This document shows, piece after piece, positions 9,940 to 20,682 of a DNA stretch of 64,000 bases. Source of the DNA: a virus. The translations under genes and the position numbers were made by a program. The notes under the pieces were generated by a model. It saw only the letters and a program-made list of their open reading frames with translations. It was not told the DNA's origin and did no database searches. Where the stretch lies: IMG/VR virus record IMGVR_UViG_3300009514_000515, positions 22,576-86,575 of that record. One strand, 5' to 3'. Positions within the stretch are counted from its first letter, which is position 1. Each line of letters begins with the position of its first letter.

Positions 9940-12275
9940 GCCGAAGCAGTAGTGGTCGACGTGGAAGGAACGGGTCTCGCCCTCGTGGTCCGACGCCGTC
10001 TGGATCATCTCCGGGAGCGCGTGCACGATGTAGCAGTCATCCGGAGGGGACCCGGGCGGCTCGCGGACGAGTGCGACTCCTTCTCCCAGGCATCAAGCTG
10101 GTACAGCGCACGGAAGACTGCCGGGATGACGTGGTCGTAGAGCAAGTCGTTATGCCGACTGACCCACTCGACGATCTGGTCCAGGAGCTTCGGGGTTTGC
10201 TCGAACAGCTCTTCGATCGCGATGGGGCTCTTGTTGAGATAGCGTGCGACCTCCGCGACGACGGTGAGACGCGAGTGCTGGCGATCCTCCATGTCCACGA
10301 CCTCGGACCGGCTGGACACGTCTCGGCCGTCCCCCCGCAGGCCAGTCTGGATGGTGCGGAGCACCTTGTAGCGCTCAACGAGCTCTTCTGAGAACGACAG
10401 GTCGAGCGGCCTGGGGGAGGCGATGTCCTTTAGCTCCCACAGGTGCCGCTTGCGGCGGATCTCCAGATGAGGGACCGGACGAACCGGACGGACTTCGACC
10501 CGCTGCTTGGACTGTCCGTCCTTCTTGAGTTCGTCGACGGTGAGCTTGTAGTTCTCGTGAAGCTCCTGATCCAGCATCTCCTTGCACTGCGTCGAAAGGT
10601 AGACGCGGCCTGTGCGCGTCGGGGGCATGTCGATGGCGCGGAGGCAGCGCATCGACGCCTGAAGCACGAAGATCTTGGACGTGGGCTTCCGGTAGAGCAC
10701 GACACCGAAGAGCGACCGACAGTTCCAGCCCTCCTTGCCCTTGCCTACCAGGAGGATGAACTGCTTGTCCGAGTCGTGGGTGTCGAGGAGGTTGAACGAG
10801 CGGATGTCATCTGCCGTGGTGTGTTTGGAATCGCCCACGTTCACCAGGACCGATGTGCCTGAGATACCCGCGTCGCCCAGAACCTCGAGGAGCACGCGTC
10901 TCACGGGATCGATGTCTTTGATCTTGGGGACGAAGATCGCGAGCTTGGGAAGCATGCCCTCGTAGCGTCGGCCCCCGCCGTGGTGGCGAATGAAGTCGGC
11001 GACGGCATCCTTGACGAACTTCTTCTCGAGGACCTTTTTCTCGTCGACGTGCTGGACTTCGACCTCCTTGAGATAGCCAGCCTCGATCGCCTGCTTGAGC
11101 CCGTAGGCGTAGACCACCTCCGGGAAGACCTGTCCCTTGGCGTAGGGCGTGCCTGTGAAGTTGTAGCAGCCCACGACGCGCGTTCCGCGCTCCTTCAGGT
11201 CCTGCCCGAGGAGGTCGACTGTTCGCCGTAGGCTCGTAGCGCTCTCGGGGTCGAGGTCCTTGATGAGTGTGTTGCCGAAGGCGTGGTGGGCTTCGTCGAT
11301 GAAGACCCCGAGCTGCTCCATTCTGCGAAGGGTCTCGTACCGCTGGTTCGTGACGATCTCCGCCTCGTTCTCAATCTCCTCGGTGTCGAACAGGTTCCGA
11401 GCCCGCGCTTCGGCGGAGGTCGGCTCGAGCGTCCGGGGCGTCGCCGCAAACAACTTGGCGGTCGCAGACGGCGTCTTGCTCTGCCGCTTGAGAATGATCT
11501 TCTGCGCGTTGCTGACGATGATGTTGAAACGCTGGCGCAGGCCCGTGAGGGTGGCGCCGTCCTCCTCGAGAAACCGAGCTTCCGCCGCGTCGATCACGTG
11601 CATGTACTCGGGCGGGACGACCAGCAAACGGTCGAACTGTTCAATGTCGCGGCGCAGAGTGGCGAGGACGGTCTTGTCCGGGGCGAAGATCAGGGCATTG
11701 TGCGCGTACCGGACATCCTTGGGGTACGTGTTCGCCATCAGAAAGTCATAGAAGATGCACGTCGCCATGAGCAGCGTCTTGCCGGTGCCCATGGTCAACG
11801 CGAAGATGTAGTTCGCGTACTCGACGGCCCCGCCCAGCTTCTTCATCTTCTCGAAGGCAGCCTTGTAGGCTTCCTCTCCGAAGTCCGCGTCGAAGAGCGA
11901 CGCCTGCTCGTCGACCGATAGGCCGATGGCGTCTCGCGTCGCGAACGGCGTCTCCTTCCGGTACCACTTCTCGAAGATCTCGTGGACCGGCCAGGCGCGC
12001 ACGGCGCGGCCGCCCGCGGAGCGTTCGACCATGCGCTCCTTGAGGAAGATGTACATCTCGAGGGCCTGCGCTTGAGGCACGCGCAGGAAGCGAGGACGGG
12101 CGCGCCGCGCTTCCAGCACTTCGTCGTAGCCGAGGGGGGCGTTGTACTCGAGGAACCGTTGCGTCACGCCAGGGTAGTTGGCGCGGATCACGACGCGGTT
12201 CTTGCGGTACCAACCCCATAGCTCGTGGTGGAAGGCCTCGTCGAGCGTGACCACCTTGCGAACCGGCTTAGCCAT
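9940..12275 (-). pseudogene. res: Type III restriction (Res) helicase subunit, frameshifted near 10078 and truncated before the nuclease domain
   Basis: LTMGTGKT, FIDEAHH, FTGTP, KEGWN and LQASMRCLR motifs. The sequence continues in another frame (VALVREP...SFHVDHYCFGS) to ~9940, then joins the helicase fragment. No PD-(D/E)XK domain remains. Confidence 0.8.
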
Positions 12276-14199
12276 GGTTCACCTCGACGCTCGCTTCGAA
12301 GACGTCGGAAAGCACATCCGTGATCTTCACCCGGATGGTGCCGGCGCCATCGGGAATCTCGTACTCCCCGGCGACCATCTCACCGCGAGCCGGGATGTCT
12401 GTCACCGCCGGGCGCAACACAGCACCATCGAAGTTAAAGTCGATGAGCACGCTGTCGACGAACTCGCGCCAGTCGGAGACGGCCGCCTTCTCCATCGACA
12501 GCTTCTGGAGGAGGTTCATGGGGTAGAACCGCTCAATCCGCAGCCGCTGCCGCTTGACCGTGATCTTCGCCTCGCTGTCCCGCTTGAACTGGATGTGATC
12601 CTTGTCGCGAAGAATGTCGACGACCTCGATGTCGACTTTGCAGCCTGGGTCGTTGAGGCTGTTTCGGATCTCAGTGGTCAATTCCGCGGCGATGTCGGGT
12701 TCGTGTCCCATGCAGAGGAGCGTGATTCGCTCTACCGGCTTCTTGGGCGCGTCCACGCGACGACGCGCAAGCTCTCGGTAGTCAAGGTTCTGAACGATGG
12801 GGGCGAGATCGGCCTTGGTGGCGATACGGTTGACCGGCATTACGCGGACTTGTCGGGCCTCGGTGCCTTCTCCAAGCTCCCCATGCCAGAGCGCGCCCCC
12901 TGCGAGCGGGCGCACGCCGATGGCCTCAAGCAGCAGTTCTCGTGCCTCGAGTTCGTTCCGGAAGACCTCGTACTGGTTGACGACGAACACGTCGAAGCCG
13001 GGAAGCGAAGCGGCCTGCGACTGATCATCACGAGGCGTCGGCTTGCCCAGCGAAAGCTGGGATCGCAGGCGATGGATCGTTGTGGTTATCGCCCCTTGAT
13101 TGATGTCGCTCCCGACAAATCGACGGCCCAGCCGAGACGCACAGGCCAACGTCGTTCCAGACCCGGCAAAGCAATCCAGTACGAGCGCCCCTGGCTTGGT
13201 CAGGCCAAGAATGATGCGTTCGAGCAGCAGCTCGGGCTTCTGGGTTGGGTAGCCGATACGTTCTGACGACTTCGGATCAAGCCCCTTCATATCCCAGACC
13301 GAGTCGATGGGTTGCCCGAGGGCCTCGTACACAACGTCATCAGCACCCGGATCTCGGCCGTGTTGCTTCTTCCACTTGTTCAAATAGCGAACAAATCTCG
13401 AATCCTGCGTGGGCATGTTGCCCCCTAGAATCCGCCCGCTCTCGTCCATGTAGGACTTCCAGCGCTTTCCATCGATCGTGTCGGCCAACTGTGTGTCAAA
13501 GAGCTGGTTGTAAGTGAAAGACACGCCTTTCGTGTACCAAAGGAGGGTGTCGTGTTTGCGGGGAAAATAGCCGTGCGTCTGCCCCTGGAAGGTGCGGTAC
13601 CTCCAGACGATCTCGTTCTTGAATCCAGGCGCCCTTCCGTCTCCACCACCGTCGCCGAACACTTCGTCCATTAGGCACCGAAGGTGGTGCATCTTGTGCC
13701 AGTCGCAATGAAGAACGATGGATCCCGTTGAGCTCAGCAACTCGCGCAGCAGGTACAGCCTCTCATACATGAACTGCAGATACTCATCATTGGTCCACAG
13801 GTCCGAGTACTGTCGCTCCTCGAATGCCGTTCCGTCGGATGAGGCGACTCCGGCTCGCTGCACGACCTTCTTCTTGTAGTCGGCCTTCGAGTCGAACGGT
13901 GGGTCGATGTAGACGAAGTCAACTCGTCCTCGGAACTTCCGCAGCAAGTGCCCCATCACCTGCAGGTTGTCGCCCCAGTACAGCTGGTTGCGCCATCCAT
14001 GGACGGCGTCACCGTGGGACTCCTTGTGCTGCGCCGGGTAGTAGTGGACGCCGTTGAACGGCCGCTTCCCCTTCCACCACAGCTCCGGAAACCCGCGCTG
14101 GGGGTCTGGTCGGGAGGTCTCGACCTCGAAGAACTCGGTCTGCTCGGCCTCCGCCGGGACCAGGTCTTGCTGGCCGTCATTCTTCTTCTTCATCGTCAT
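12268..14199 (-). CDS. mod: Type III R-M modification methyltransferase (N6-adenine, beta class), apparently intact
   Basis: WGDNL, YIDPPF, YPTQKPE and LDCFAGSGTT motifs. 643 aa, overlaps the res start. Confidence 0.92.
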   Translation of the reverse strand: MTMKKKNDGQQDLVPAEAEQTEFFEVETSRPDPQRGFPELWWKGKRPFNGVHYYPAQHKESHGDAVHGWRNQLYWGDNLQVMGHLLRKFRGRVDFVYIDPPFDSKADYKKKVVQRAGVASSDGTAFEERQYSDLWTNDEYLQFMYERLYLLRELLSSTGSIVLHCDWHKMHHLRCLMDEVFGDGGGDGRAPGFKNEIVWRYRTFQGQTHGYFPRKHDTLLWYTKGVSFTYNQLFDTQLADTIDGKRWKSYMDESGRILGGNMPTQDSRFVRYLNKWKKQHGRDPGADDVVYEALGQPIDSVWDMKGLDPKSSERIGYPTQKPELLLERIILGLTKPGALVLDCFAGSGTTLACASRLGRRFVGSDINQGAITTTIHRLRSQLSLGKPTPRDDQSQAASLPGFDVFVVNQYEVFRNELEARELLLEAIGVRPLAGGALWHGELGEGTEARQVRVMPVNRIATKADLAPIVQNLDYRELARRRVDAPKKPVERITLLCMGHEPDIAAELTTEIRNSLNDPGCKVDIEVVDILRDKDHIQFKRDSEAKITVKRQRLRIERFYPMNLLQKLSMEKAAVSDWREFVDSVLIDFNFDGAVLRPAVTDIPARGEMVAGEYEIPDGAGTIRVKITDVLSDVFEASVEVNHG

Positions 14200-14442
14200 C
14201 CTCGCCGGTCGCAGTAGGCTTTCATGTCGCAGTTCTTGCAGAGCTGTTCGGGCCGTTCCTGAATGTCGAAGTCCTTCGACTCGATGCGCGCGACCACGTC
14301 ATCGAACCCTTGCATCGTGCGCTCGATACGCACGGGATCCATGTCGTATGAGATGCGGGGGTTCCCGTGGAGCGCTCCGGTATAGTGCAGGTGGAGCTTG
14401 GTCACTCGCTTGCCGTGGCGCTTCTCCACGAGTTGCCCGTAT
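14196..14442 (-). pseudogene. C-terminal fragment of a PD-(D/E)XK nuclease (UvrD/AddAB-type tail)
   Basis: YGQLVEKRHG...LHLHYTG...LCKNCDMKAYC. Fused out of frame to the phage gene at ~14442. Confidence 0.6.
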
Positions 14443-14713
14443 CCTTGATACGAGTCCAGACCTTAGGCGCCCTCTTGAAGAGCTTCAGGAGGCCATTGAG
14501 CTTGCGTCCCAGACCACCCAGGAGTGCCGTGCGTGTCTTCGCGTTGATGGCCGGGAGGGTGAACGCCTCCGCGAACCCAACGAGGACCTCGGGAGTCAGG
14601 TCGTGCAGGCTCGCAGAGCGTTGGTGGAACCCGACCGAGGCGTAGGCTTCGGCGGCCGCGACTCGGATGAAGTACCGGTCGGCGACCCGCTGTGCGATCT
14701 CGGCCTGGACCAT
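14443..14713 (-). pseudogene. N-terminal part of the interrupted phage gene (MVQAEIAQRVADRY...RIKD)
   Basis: ATG at 14713, 4 bp after the upstream gene's stop. The frame runs into insert sequence and stops at 14402. Confidence 0.6.
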
Positions 14714-14717
14714 CGAC

Positions 14718-15446
14718 TCACCACACGCTGTGCTGGTAGTCGTAGCCAATCTTCTCCTTGCTCAGCCAGTCGGTGAACCCCTCCCAAGACACACCCTTGA
14801 GGGCCTTAGGGTCCGCCTTCAGGATCTTGAACAGCTTACGTGCTGCCCCGGAGCTTTTCTCCTTAATCTTGGTGTAATAGGGGTCCTGTAACTGGAAGTC
14901 AGAGCTGGGGGAGTAGGCACTGAACTCTGTCCACTCCGAGGTCACGGCGAAGTCCTTGGCCTCGGCAGTGATTGGCTGGACGTCGAGAGGAACCACCTTG
15001 AGGTAGAACACCTGCTTCTCGGAGACGCGCACGCCATCGTCCTTGTCGAGGCCCTTCTTCTCGACAGCCTTACGAGCCTTGTCGACCGCCCCTTTGAGAG
15101 CCTTGAGGACCTTGTCGTAGTCCATGCTCTTCGAAAGCTTGGCGTCGTTGATGAGGTTGATACCGAGGAACTCGTCGAGGTGGAGAGTCTGCACCGCATA
15201 CCACATCGTGATTTCAGTGTATCCCATCTGCCTCTTGAACTTCTTGCCTGGGATTTCCTCTACCAGGATGTACGCGTTGTGGTAACTGACCCGGACGTCC
15301 TTGCCAATCCAGACCGCGTCCCAACGCCCACCTCCGCGAGCCCACTTGGCTCGGGCATCGTGGTTGAACACCAAGGGAACCAGTGTCTCCCGAAACTCGG
15401 GGCGTTGACTGGCCAAACGAATAACGGCCTCGCGAAGACCCATCAC
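14718..15446 (-). CDS. Hypothetical phage protein
   Basis: 242 aa. N-terminal LREAVIRLASQRPEFRETLVPLV resembles the N-terminus at 47875. Confidence 0.75.
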   Translation of the reverse strand: MMGLREAVIRLASQRPEFRETLVPLVFNHDARAKWARGGGRWDAVWIGKDVRVSYHNAYILVEEIPGKKFKRQMGYTEITMWYAVQTLHLDEFLGINLINDAKLSKSMDYDKVLKALKGAVDKARKAVEKKGLDKDDGVRVSEKQVFYLKVVPLDVQPITAEAKDFAVTSEWTEFSAYSPSSDFQLQDPYYTKIKEKSSGAARKLFKILKADPKALKGVSWEGFTDWLSKEKIGYDYQHSVW

Positions 15447-16648
15447 AACCTCCTGTGGACGGCATACTTGACCGTCGTCGTCTGAGCGCCTGAGAAGGAC
15501 GCGGTGAACCCAGAGGCCGTAGGACTGGTTGTCCCGAGGGCTTCGGTCAGTTCCGTCTCGTAGGTCACATGGTAATCATCGTCGGGGCCGTCCACCGCGA
15601 AGGAGACGGCCTCAGAAGACGATGCTGTAAAAGAAATCGTACCTCTCTGGAGGTCCTCGGCGATGGTACCGGCCCCTGCGATGGAGGTTCTCTTGCAACC
15701 CCGCATGACGAGAGGGGCAGAGTTGTTGACCACCACCGAATCGAGGTCGCTGTTCGCCGCCTCGAAAGTTCCGACCCCGTCTCCGTCAAGAGTGAGGCCA
15801 CCACCAGACCCAGACCTCATAACGCTGTCGATGGACAAGCTGCCCACGCCCGTCAGGGTCGACATGATGTTGCCGAGCAGCGCCATGCTGGCCAGGTGGT
15901 AAGACGAACTCACCAGGGAAGGAATGGGGTTGCCGGAGTCGTAGTCGAGCTGAAGGTGAACGGCCTGGTCGATGTCGCGAATCGAGCACCGGGCACATTG
16001 GGTGATGCGAGTCAGGGACGTCGAGTGACTTCCCGCCCAGGTGCCTCCTTGGATGCGGATGTTGTTGACAGTGGTCGCTCGGACCTGGAACGCCCCGGCG
16101 CCCGAGGCGACCAGGTCGCAGTCAACGATGCCGACCTCGGCAGAGCCGATAACGGACGTAGCTCCACCGATGATGTCGATGCAGGGGTCGCCTGCGAAAC
16201 TGTTGGCAATGCGCAGGTTCTGGATATGAAGCCAGTTCGGGTCTGTACCGACGGCCGACTGGACGATGATGGTCGCCCCTGCTGAGGGCGCCTCGATGGA
16301 GGCCCCTCCAGGACTCATGAGCCAGATGCCGTCCTTCTCGATGGTCACCTGCTCGGCGTACACCCCCGCAAGAATGTAGACGATGCTGGGGTCTGTCAGG
16401 CTGCTCGTCGCCAGGACGGCATCGACGGCGGCCTGGATGGTATTGTACTGAGCACCGCTGCCACTCTTGCCGACGACGAACACGTTGGCGATGGAACGCA
16501 GACCGGCCAAGTCGGCCACAGTGAGACCGGCCACCGTTGGGTCGGTGATGCGGATGGCACCAGTCGCGGGGTCTCGCTCAATGAGACGCGTCCCGGTCTC
16601 TCCGGGAGCAATCTGGATGGCGTCGACTTGGATGGGGTCCTGGGGCAT
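15443..16648 (-). CDS. Pectin-lyase-like beta-helix protein (tail spike/fibre-like)
   Basis: VFVVGKSGSGAQYNTIQAAVDA...IVYILAGVYAEQVTI is a typical beta-helix cap, followed by beta-rich repeats. Confidence 0.7.
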   Translation of the reverse strand: MPQDPIQVDAIQIAPGETGTRLIERDPATGAIRITDPTVAGLTVADLAGLRSIANVFVVGKSGSGAQYNTIQAAVDAVLATSSLTDPSIVYILAGVYAEQVTIEKDGIWLMSPGGASIEAPSAGATIIVQSAVGTDPNWLHIQNLRIANSFAGDPCIDIIGGATSVIGSAEVGIVDCDLVASGAGAFQVRATTVNNIRIQGGTWAGSHSTSLTRITQCARCSIRDIDQAVHLQLDYDSGNPIPSLVSSSYHLASMALLGNIMSTLTGVGSLSIDSVMRSGSGGGLTLDGDGVGTFEAANSDLDSVVVNNSAPLVMRGCKRTSIAGAGTIAEDLQRGTISFTASSSEAVSFAVDGPDDDYHVTYETELTEALGTTSPTASGFTASFSGAQTTTVKYAVHRRL

Positions 16649-16659
16649 CTCGAACTACC

Positions 16660-17088
16660 TCACACAAAGACGTCGAAGCCAACGGTTCCGGTGATGGGGG
16701 CGGAAAGCTCGATAGTGAACCCGGTGGTGGCCTTGTTGGTCACCCGCCAGTCCACGAACTCGGGCAGTTCGGGGTGAACCCGGTAATTCGTGTTCGAGAA
16801 CGCAATGCCGAACACGAAAGAAGCAGTGACGGCGTTGGTAAAGGTGAGCTGGCCGCCCACCGCGCTGGTCTGTGCCACGAGGTCCTCCACTTGTCCGATG
16901 GCCGTTTGGATGTCGTTGATGACCTCCTCGGGGAGTCCCGTGACGGAGTCCGTAACGCGTCCCGTGGGAGTGACGATATTGCGGACGGTGACGTTGCTCA
17001 GGGTGTCCTGAGCGACCTCGAAAGTGTAGAACACCCCGCCGCCGCCGGACCGAAACGTCAGTGCTGTCTCTTGACGGACTAGTACCAT
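16660..17088 (-). CDS. Putative virion structural protein
   Basis: 142 aa. The C-terminal beta domain (FxxxFSNTNYRV...KATTGFTI) resembles the C-terminus of 15443..16648. Confidence 0.6.
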   Translation of the reverse strand: MVLVRQETALTFRSGGGGVFYTFEVAQDTLSNVTVRNIVTPTGRVTDSVTGLPEEVINDIQTAIGQVEDLVAQTSAVGGQLTFTNAVTASFVFGIAFSNTNYRVHPELPEFVDWRVTNKATTGFTIELSAPITGTVGFDVFV

Positions 17089-17098
17089 CCCGACGTCC

Positions 17099-17416
17099 TC
17101 ACCAGATTCCAGAGGTCTCCATATCCCGGCCCTCAGCCCAGTCCCTCAACGTGACCAAAGCCTCATAATCCGAAGACCAGACCGACACAGAGTCAAATCC
17201 GGACTCCACTCCTAGATCAGGAATCGTCTTGACGTTGGCAATCTTCGTCTTGCCGTCCCTCATCGCCCGAAGCAGACCAGACATGTTGCGCGTGTAAGTC
17301 CCACTGGCGTAGATGGTCAGACGATACTCAGGCTTGGCTCGGCGTTCGAGCCAGCGTCGAGCGACCTTCTTCGCCATGACAACACGTGTCGCGGATGTCG
17401 CGGATTGCTTTGACAT
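17099..17416 (-). CDS. Hypothetical phage protein, first gene of the virion operon
   Basis: 105 aa. Carries MAKKVARRW. Confidence 0.7.
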   Translation of the reverse strand: MSKQSATSATRVVMAKKVARRWLERRAKPEYRLTIYASGTYTRNMSGLLRAMRDGKTKIANVKTIPDLGVESGFDSVSVWSSDYEALVTLRDWAEGRDMETSGIW

Positions 17417-17454
17417 GGGTCCCTACCAGGATGATGCCTCGGACTCCGAGACTC

Positions 17455-17475
17455 CTATGGAGAGAGACTCGATAG
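17455..17475 (-). promoter_or_regulatory. Putative late promoter, CTAT-N13-ATAG
   Basis: Intergenic. Similar to copies at 42947, 45016 and 55307. Confidence 0.4.
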
Positions 17476-17493
17476 GGACTTTAGTGGAGCCCC

Positions 17494-18096
17494 TCAAGCA
17501 ACCCTGTAGGTCACAGTCGCATCCTTGGACGAGCGACGGACCTCTCGGAGGATGTTGAGGTTGTTCTGGATGGCCTCGAAGAGTTGGACGTAACGGTCCA
17601 TGTCCTCGGCCTCCTTCATACGACGCAGAGAACGGATGAACCGATGACGTACCAGTCCCTGGCTCTCCCCCAGACGCTTGGCCACCGCACTCTGACACGT
17701 CGTCTCAAACATCAGGACCATGATGCGGACATCCTTGGGATCATCCAGGAACTCGCCCAGGACCTCCTCCAGCTCCGCCTCGGTGACGTCCGGTAGGTGG
17801 AGAAGGAACATGATACGGGCCGTCGCCCTCTGAAGGCGATAGCAGACCGTGGGCTGACTGACCCCATATAGCTCTGCGATGGCCGTCTGCTTCATGTGCC
17901 GGAAGTAGTAGAGCTTGACGAAGTCTGACTCCCTCGCTGGCAGGTTATCGAGGATGGCCTTGATGCGCTCCATCTTCTCCTGACTCTCCTCGGACGGTGC
18001 CGAGAAGACGGAGTCCATGTGAGCCATCGAATCCTGGACGCTGAATCGAGAAGATAGCTCGACCGGGTCGATTACCTGGTGTCCTGGCCACATCAT
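17494..18096 (-). CDS. Sigma-70 region 4-like protein with two HTH modules
   Basis: LDNLPARESDFVKLYYFRHMKQTAIAELYGVSQPTVCYRLQRA plus a second HTH CQSAVAKRLGESQGLVRHRF. Likely start at 18096. Confidence 0.75.
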   Translation of the reverse strand: MMWPGHQVIDPVELSSRFSVQDSMAHMDSVFSAPSEESQEKMERIKAILDNLPARESDFVKLYYFRHMKQTAIAELYGVSQPTVCYRLQRATARIMFLLHLPDVTEAELEEVLGEFLDDPKDVRIMVLMFETTCQSAVAKRLGESQGLVRHRFIRSLRRMKEAEDMDRYVQLFEAIQNNLNILREVRRSSKDATVTYRVA

Positions 18097-18137
18097 GTCC
18101 GCACTCCCTGTCGTCGCTGTTTGCACAGCACCAAGAC

Positions 18138-19187
18138 CTAGACGAGGACTGCCTCTCCCTCTTCGTCCTCTACTGCGAGGAACATCCGAGGAAAACACAG
18201 AGTGGCCCGAAGAGACTGAAGCCCCTCCGTTTCAACGATGACGAGGTCGTCCTCCAGGAAGCACAATACCTTGACCGTCAGGCCCTTGAGACGACCCTCA
18301 ACAACTCGGGCCCGGTCTCCAATGCCGAGATCGCGAACACACAGACCACGCAGACTGACCCGCATGGACTCAATCTCTGCGTCAGAAACACAGTGGAGGA
18401 CTCGGATGCCGTTGGTCCCCACCGAGGACATGACCTGGTTGACATAGTTGGTCCTGGTCTCCAGGCTGAAATACTTGACCTCGGACAGGCCAGAGGCTAC
18501 GAACACGTACCCCTGAATCAAGGTCTTGGTCACGACACGGTCAGGGCGGTGGTAGGTCACCGCGGGCACGAAAATCAGGTGGCCCTCGTCGATGTCCAGG
18601 TCACGGCGAAGGGTGCTCTCCAGGGTCCCTTCCTCAACCCGGACCTCCCCCGCATGTCCCAGCTCGATGACGACCCAGGTTTGTCGGTCCCTAGGATCAC
18701 CCTTAGCTGTCTGGGATAGTTGCTCGGCGGTGTCTTCGAGAAGCCTCCCCGGAGTCGCCTTCTCGGGGACGGACTCGGCGAACTCCTCTGGCTGTCCATA
18801 AAGGTACTGAGACCTCTCGACCCCGTCCTCCGTCAGACCCCAAAGACCTCGGCCCAGACTCAAACAGAAAGAGGAGCGGCGACCAGAATACCTGACCGCC
18901 CTACCACTCTTGTGAGAGACTCTATCTGGTCGTTGGTTGCGGTGAGCCCACCCAATGACCCGGTAGAGGCCCAGAGGCTTAGATCCCCTCAAAGGCCACG
19001 GGCTATTCCGTGGGTCGATACCCACCTCCCCCAGAACCTCGTCAAGCACCGTCTGGTATGGAACCCCGACGTAAGCTGAGAACCCTGTCAGGCGACCGAG
19101 GACCTTGACCAGGGGATCAAAGAACTCCTGCGCCGTCGGACGTGGCCTCGACTGCTCCTGGGGAGCCTTGTCCTGAATCTCTGTCAA
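18138..19187 (-). CDS. NusG-like (NGN+KOW) protein with N-terminal Mrr_N-like winged helix
   Basis: TWVVIEL...IFVP...LIQGYVFV (NGN) and IGDRARVVEGRLKGLTVKV (KOW). N-terminal PTAQEFFDPLVKVL...IGWA...RGLWGLTEDG. The TTG start at 19187 is inferred. Confidence 0.75.
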   Translation of the reverse strand: MTEIQDKAPQEQSRPRPTAQEFFDPLVKVLGRLTGFSAYVGVPYQTVLDEVLGEVGIDPRNSPWPLRGSKPLGLYRVIGWAHRNQRPDRVSHKSGRAVRYSGRRSSFCLSLGRGLWGLTEDGVERSQYLYGQPEEFAESVPEKATPGRLLEDTAEQLSQTAKGDPRDRQTWVVIELGHAGEVRVEEGTLESTLRRDLDIDEGHLIFVPAVTYHRPDRVVTKTLIQGYVFVASGLSEVKYFSLETRTNYVNQVMSSVGTNGIRVLHCVSDAEIESMRVSLRGLCVRDLGIGDRARVVEGRLKGLTVKVLCFLEDDLVIVETEGLQSLRATLCFPRMFLAVEDEEGEAVLV

Positions 19188-20682
19188 TCCCACCCTGCCC
19201 CACCGAACGCTGCATACCAAGCTCTAGAAGACGGCTGCGGAGCAGGGAACAGAACTCCCCTAATCCCATCTGGTCAGTCTCACCGGAGCCCGTCTGCTGA
19301 ACCTGAGGTGCTGGGGACGGGACCGGCTTGGAGACACTCGACTCTGCCTTGCCAACCGGACTCGCCCCGAAGCTATTTCGGTTCACCGCACGGGGATCAA
19401 CGTAGACTCCACCCTCGATGTACGTCTCGTCAGCCATACTGATGAGACGTGCAGAACCCTCTGACACCGTCACCGAATCTTCTCCGGAAACTTTCTCCGC
19501 AGAAGTTACATCCGGCTCCGAGTTTTCCAGAGAAGGGTGGGGTAGGTCAAGTCTTCTGTCAATAAGCACTGGAGAGGAATTCCTCGTTTCCAAAAGCGAG
19601 AAACAACCCCCCAAAAATTGGCGGTGTAGTAGGAACAGGTCACACTCCAACATCTCCCGAGTGGGTCGTCGGGGGCGGGAGGCGAGGGACTCACTTACAA
19701 GAAGGAGTCCGTCCCGATGTCTCTGTCCGATGCCGGTTAGTCTCTCGGAGTCCCAGTAGGTGGGGGCTTTCTCAACTGAGAGCGCCACCTTGAAGGCCAG
19801 GAGAGCCGCCTCGGACAGGCGCTTGTACAAAGTTGCTGGTGAAACTTTCTCCAGCAGAGTTTGGGTGGCCTGGAGGGACTTGGGGATGTCCGTCCCCAGG
19901 CCTTCGAGGATCTCAAGAACCAGTTCATTGAGGTCGTCCCCGAGGAGCTGACGGACGGACTCCAGGGTGATAGGACCTGGGAGTCGGGCGAGGCTCTCCA
20001 GGGATTTGATAGCGGCTCGAATGCCGCCCTCGGCCCCTTCAGCGATACGTAACAAGGCCTCGTCCTCGGCCTCGAATCCCTCCTGGTCACAGATGAAGCG
20101 CAGGCGCTCTGCAATCTTCTTCGGGGAGACGACACGGATGACGAACGTTGGCCCACAGCGGTTGGCCACCGTGTTCCGCATCTTCTCCGGCTCGGTGGTG
20201 CAGAAGATGCACGTCAGACGGCGACTCCCCGTCTCCTGGTCCGTGTCCTCCATGGGCTTCAGCAGAGCATCCATCGCGTCCTTGGAGAGCTGGTGTGCCT
20301 CGTCGAACAGGTAGAACCGCCGACGTCCTGAGAACGTGGCATACTCGATGTTGCTCAGGATGGAGCGAATGTTCTCCTTACCACTATTGGTGGCGGCATC
20401 GATTTCCGTGAAGGCATCCGAGACACCTCCCCGGAGAACCTCGACGCAAGAGCTGCACTGGTCGCAGGCCTCACCCCTGGCGGGAGACTCACAGAGAAGG
20501 GCCCTCGCCAGAATGCGACCAAGGGTCGTCTTGCCGGAACCGGACAGACCGGCGAAGAGATACGACTGGTGGCGGCCTTCCCCGCTCGCCACTATCTGGC
20601 GGAGCATCGTCTTGGTGTGCCCTTGACCAAGAACCTCGTCGTACCTCTTCGGCCGGTACTTGATGTCCAGCGGCTCCCCCAT
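19117..20682 (-). CDS. dnaX: DNA polymerase III gamma/tau clamp-loader subunit
   Basis: KYRPKRYDEVLGQ, GLSGSGKTT, Zn module CES..ACDQCSSC, EIDAA, LFDEAH and NRC. Confidence 0.92.
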   Translation of the reverse strand: MGEPLDIKYRPKRYDEVLGQGHTKTMLRQIVASGEGRHQSYLFAGLSGSGKTTLGRILARALLCESPARGEACDQCSSCVEVLRGGVSDAFTEIDAATNSGKENIRSILSNIEYATFSGRRRFYLFDEAHQLSKDAMDALLKPMEDTDQETGSRRLTCIFCTTEPEKMRNTVANRCGPTFVIRVVSPKKIAERLRFICDQEGFEAEDEALLRIAEGAEGGIRAAIKSLESLARLPGPITLESVRQLLGDDLNELVLEILEGLGTDIPKSLQATQTLLEKVSPATLYKRLSEAALLAFKVALSVEKAPTYWDSERLTGIGQRHRDGLLLVSESLASRPRRPTREMLECDLFLLHRQFLGGCFSLLETRNSSPVLIDRRLDLPHPSLENSEPDVTSAEKVSGEDSVTVSEGSARLISMADETYIEGGVYVDPRAVNRNSFGASPVGKAESSVSKPVPSPAPQVQQTGSGETDQMGLGEFCSLLRSRLLELGMQRSVGQGGIDRDSGQGSPGAVEATSDGAGVL

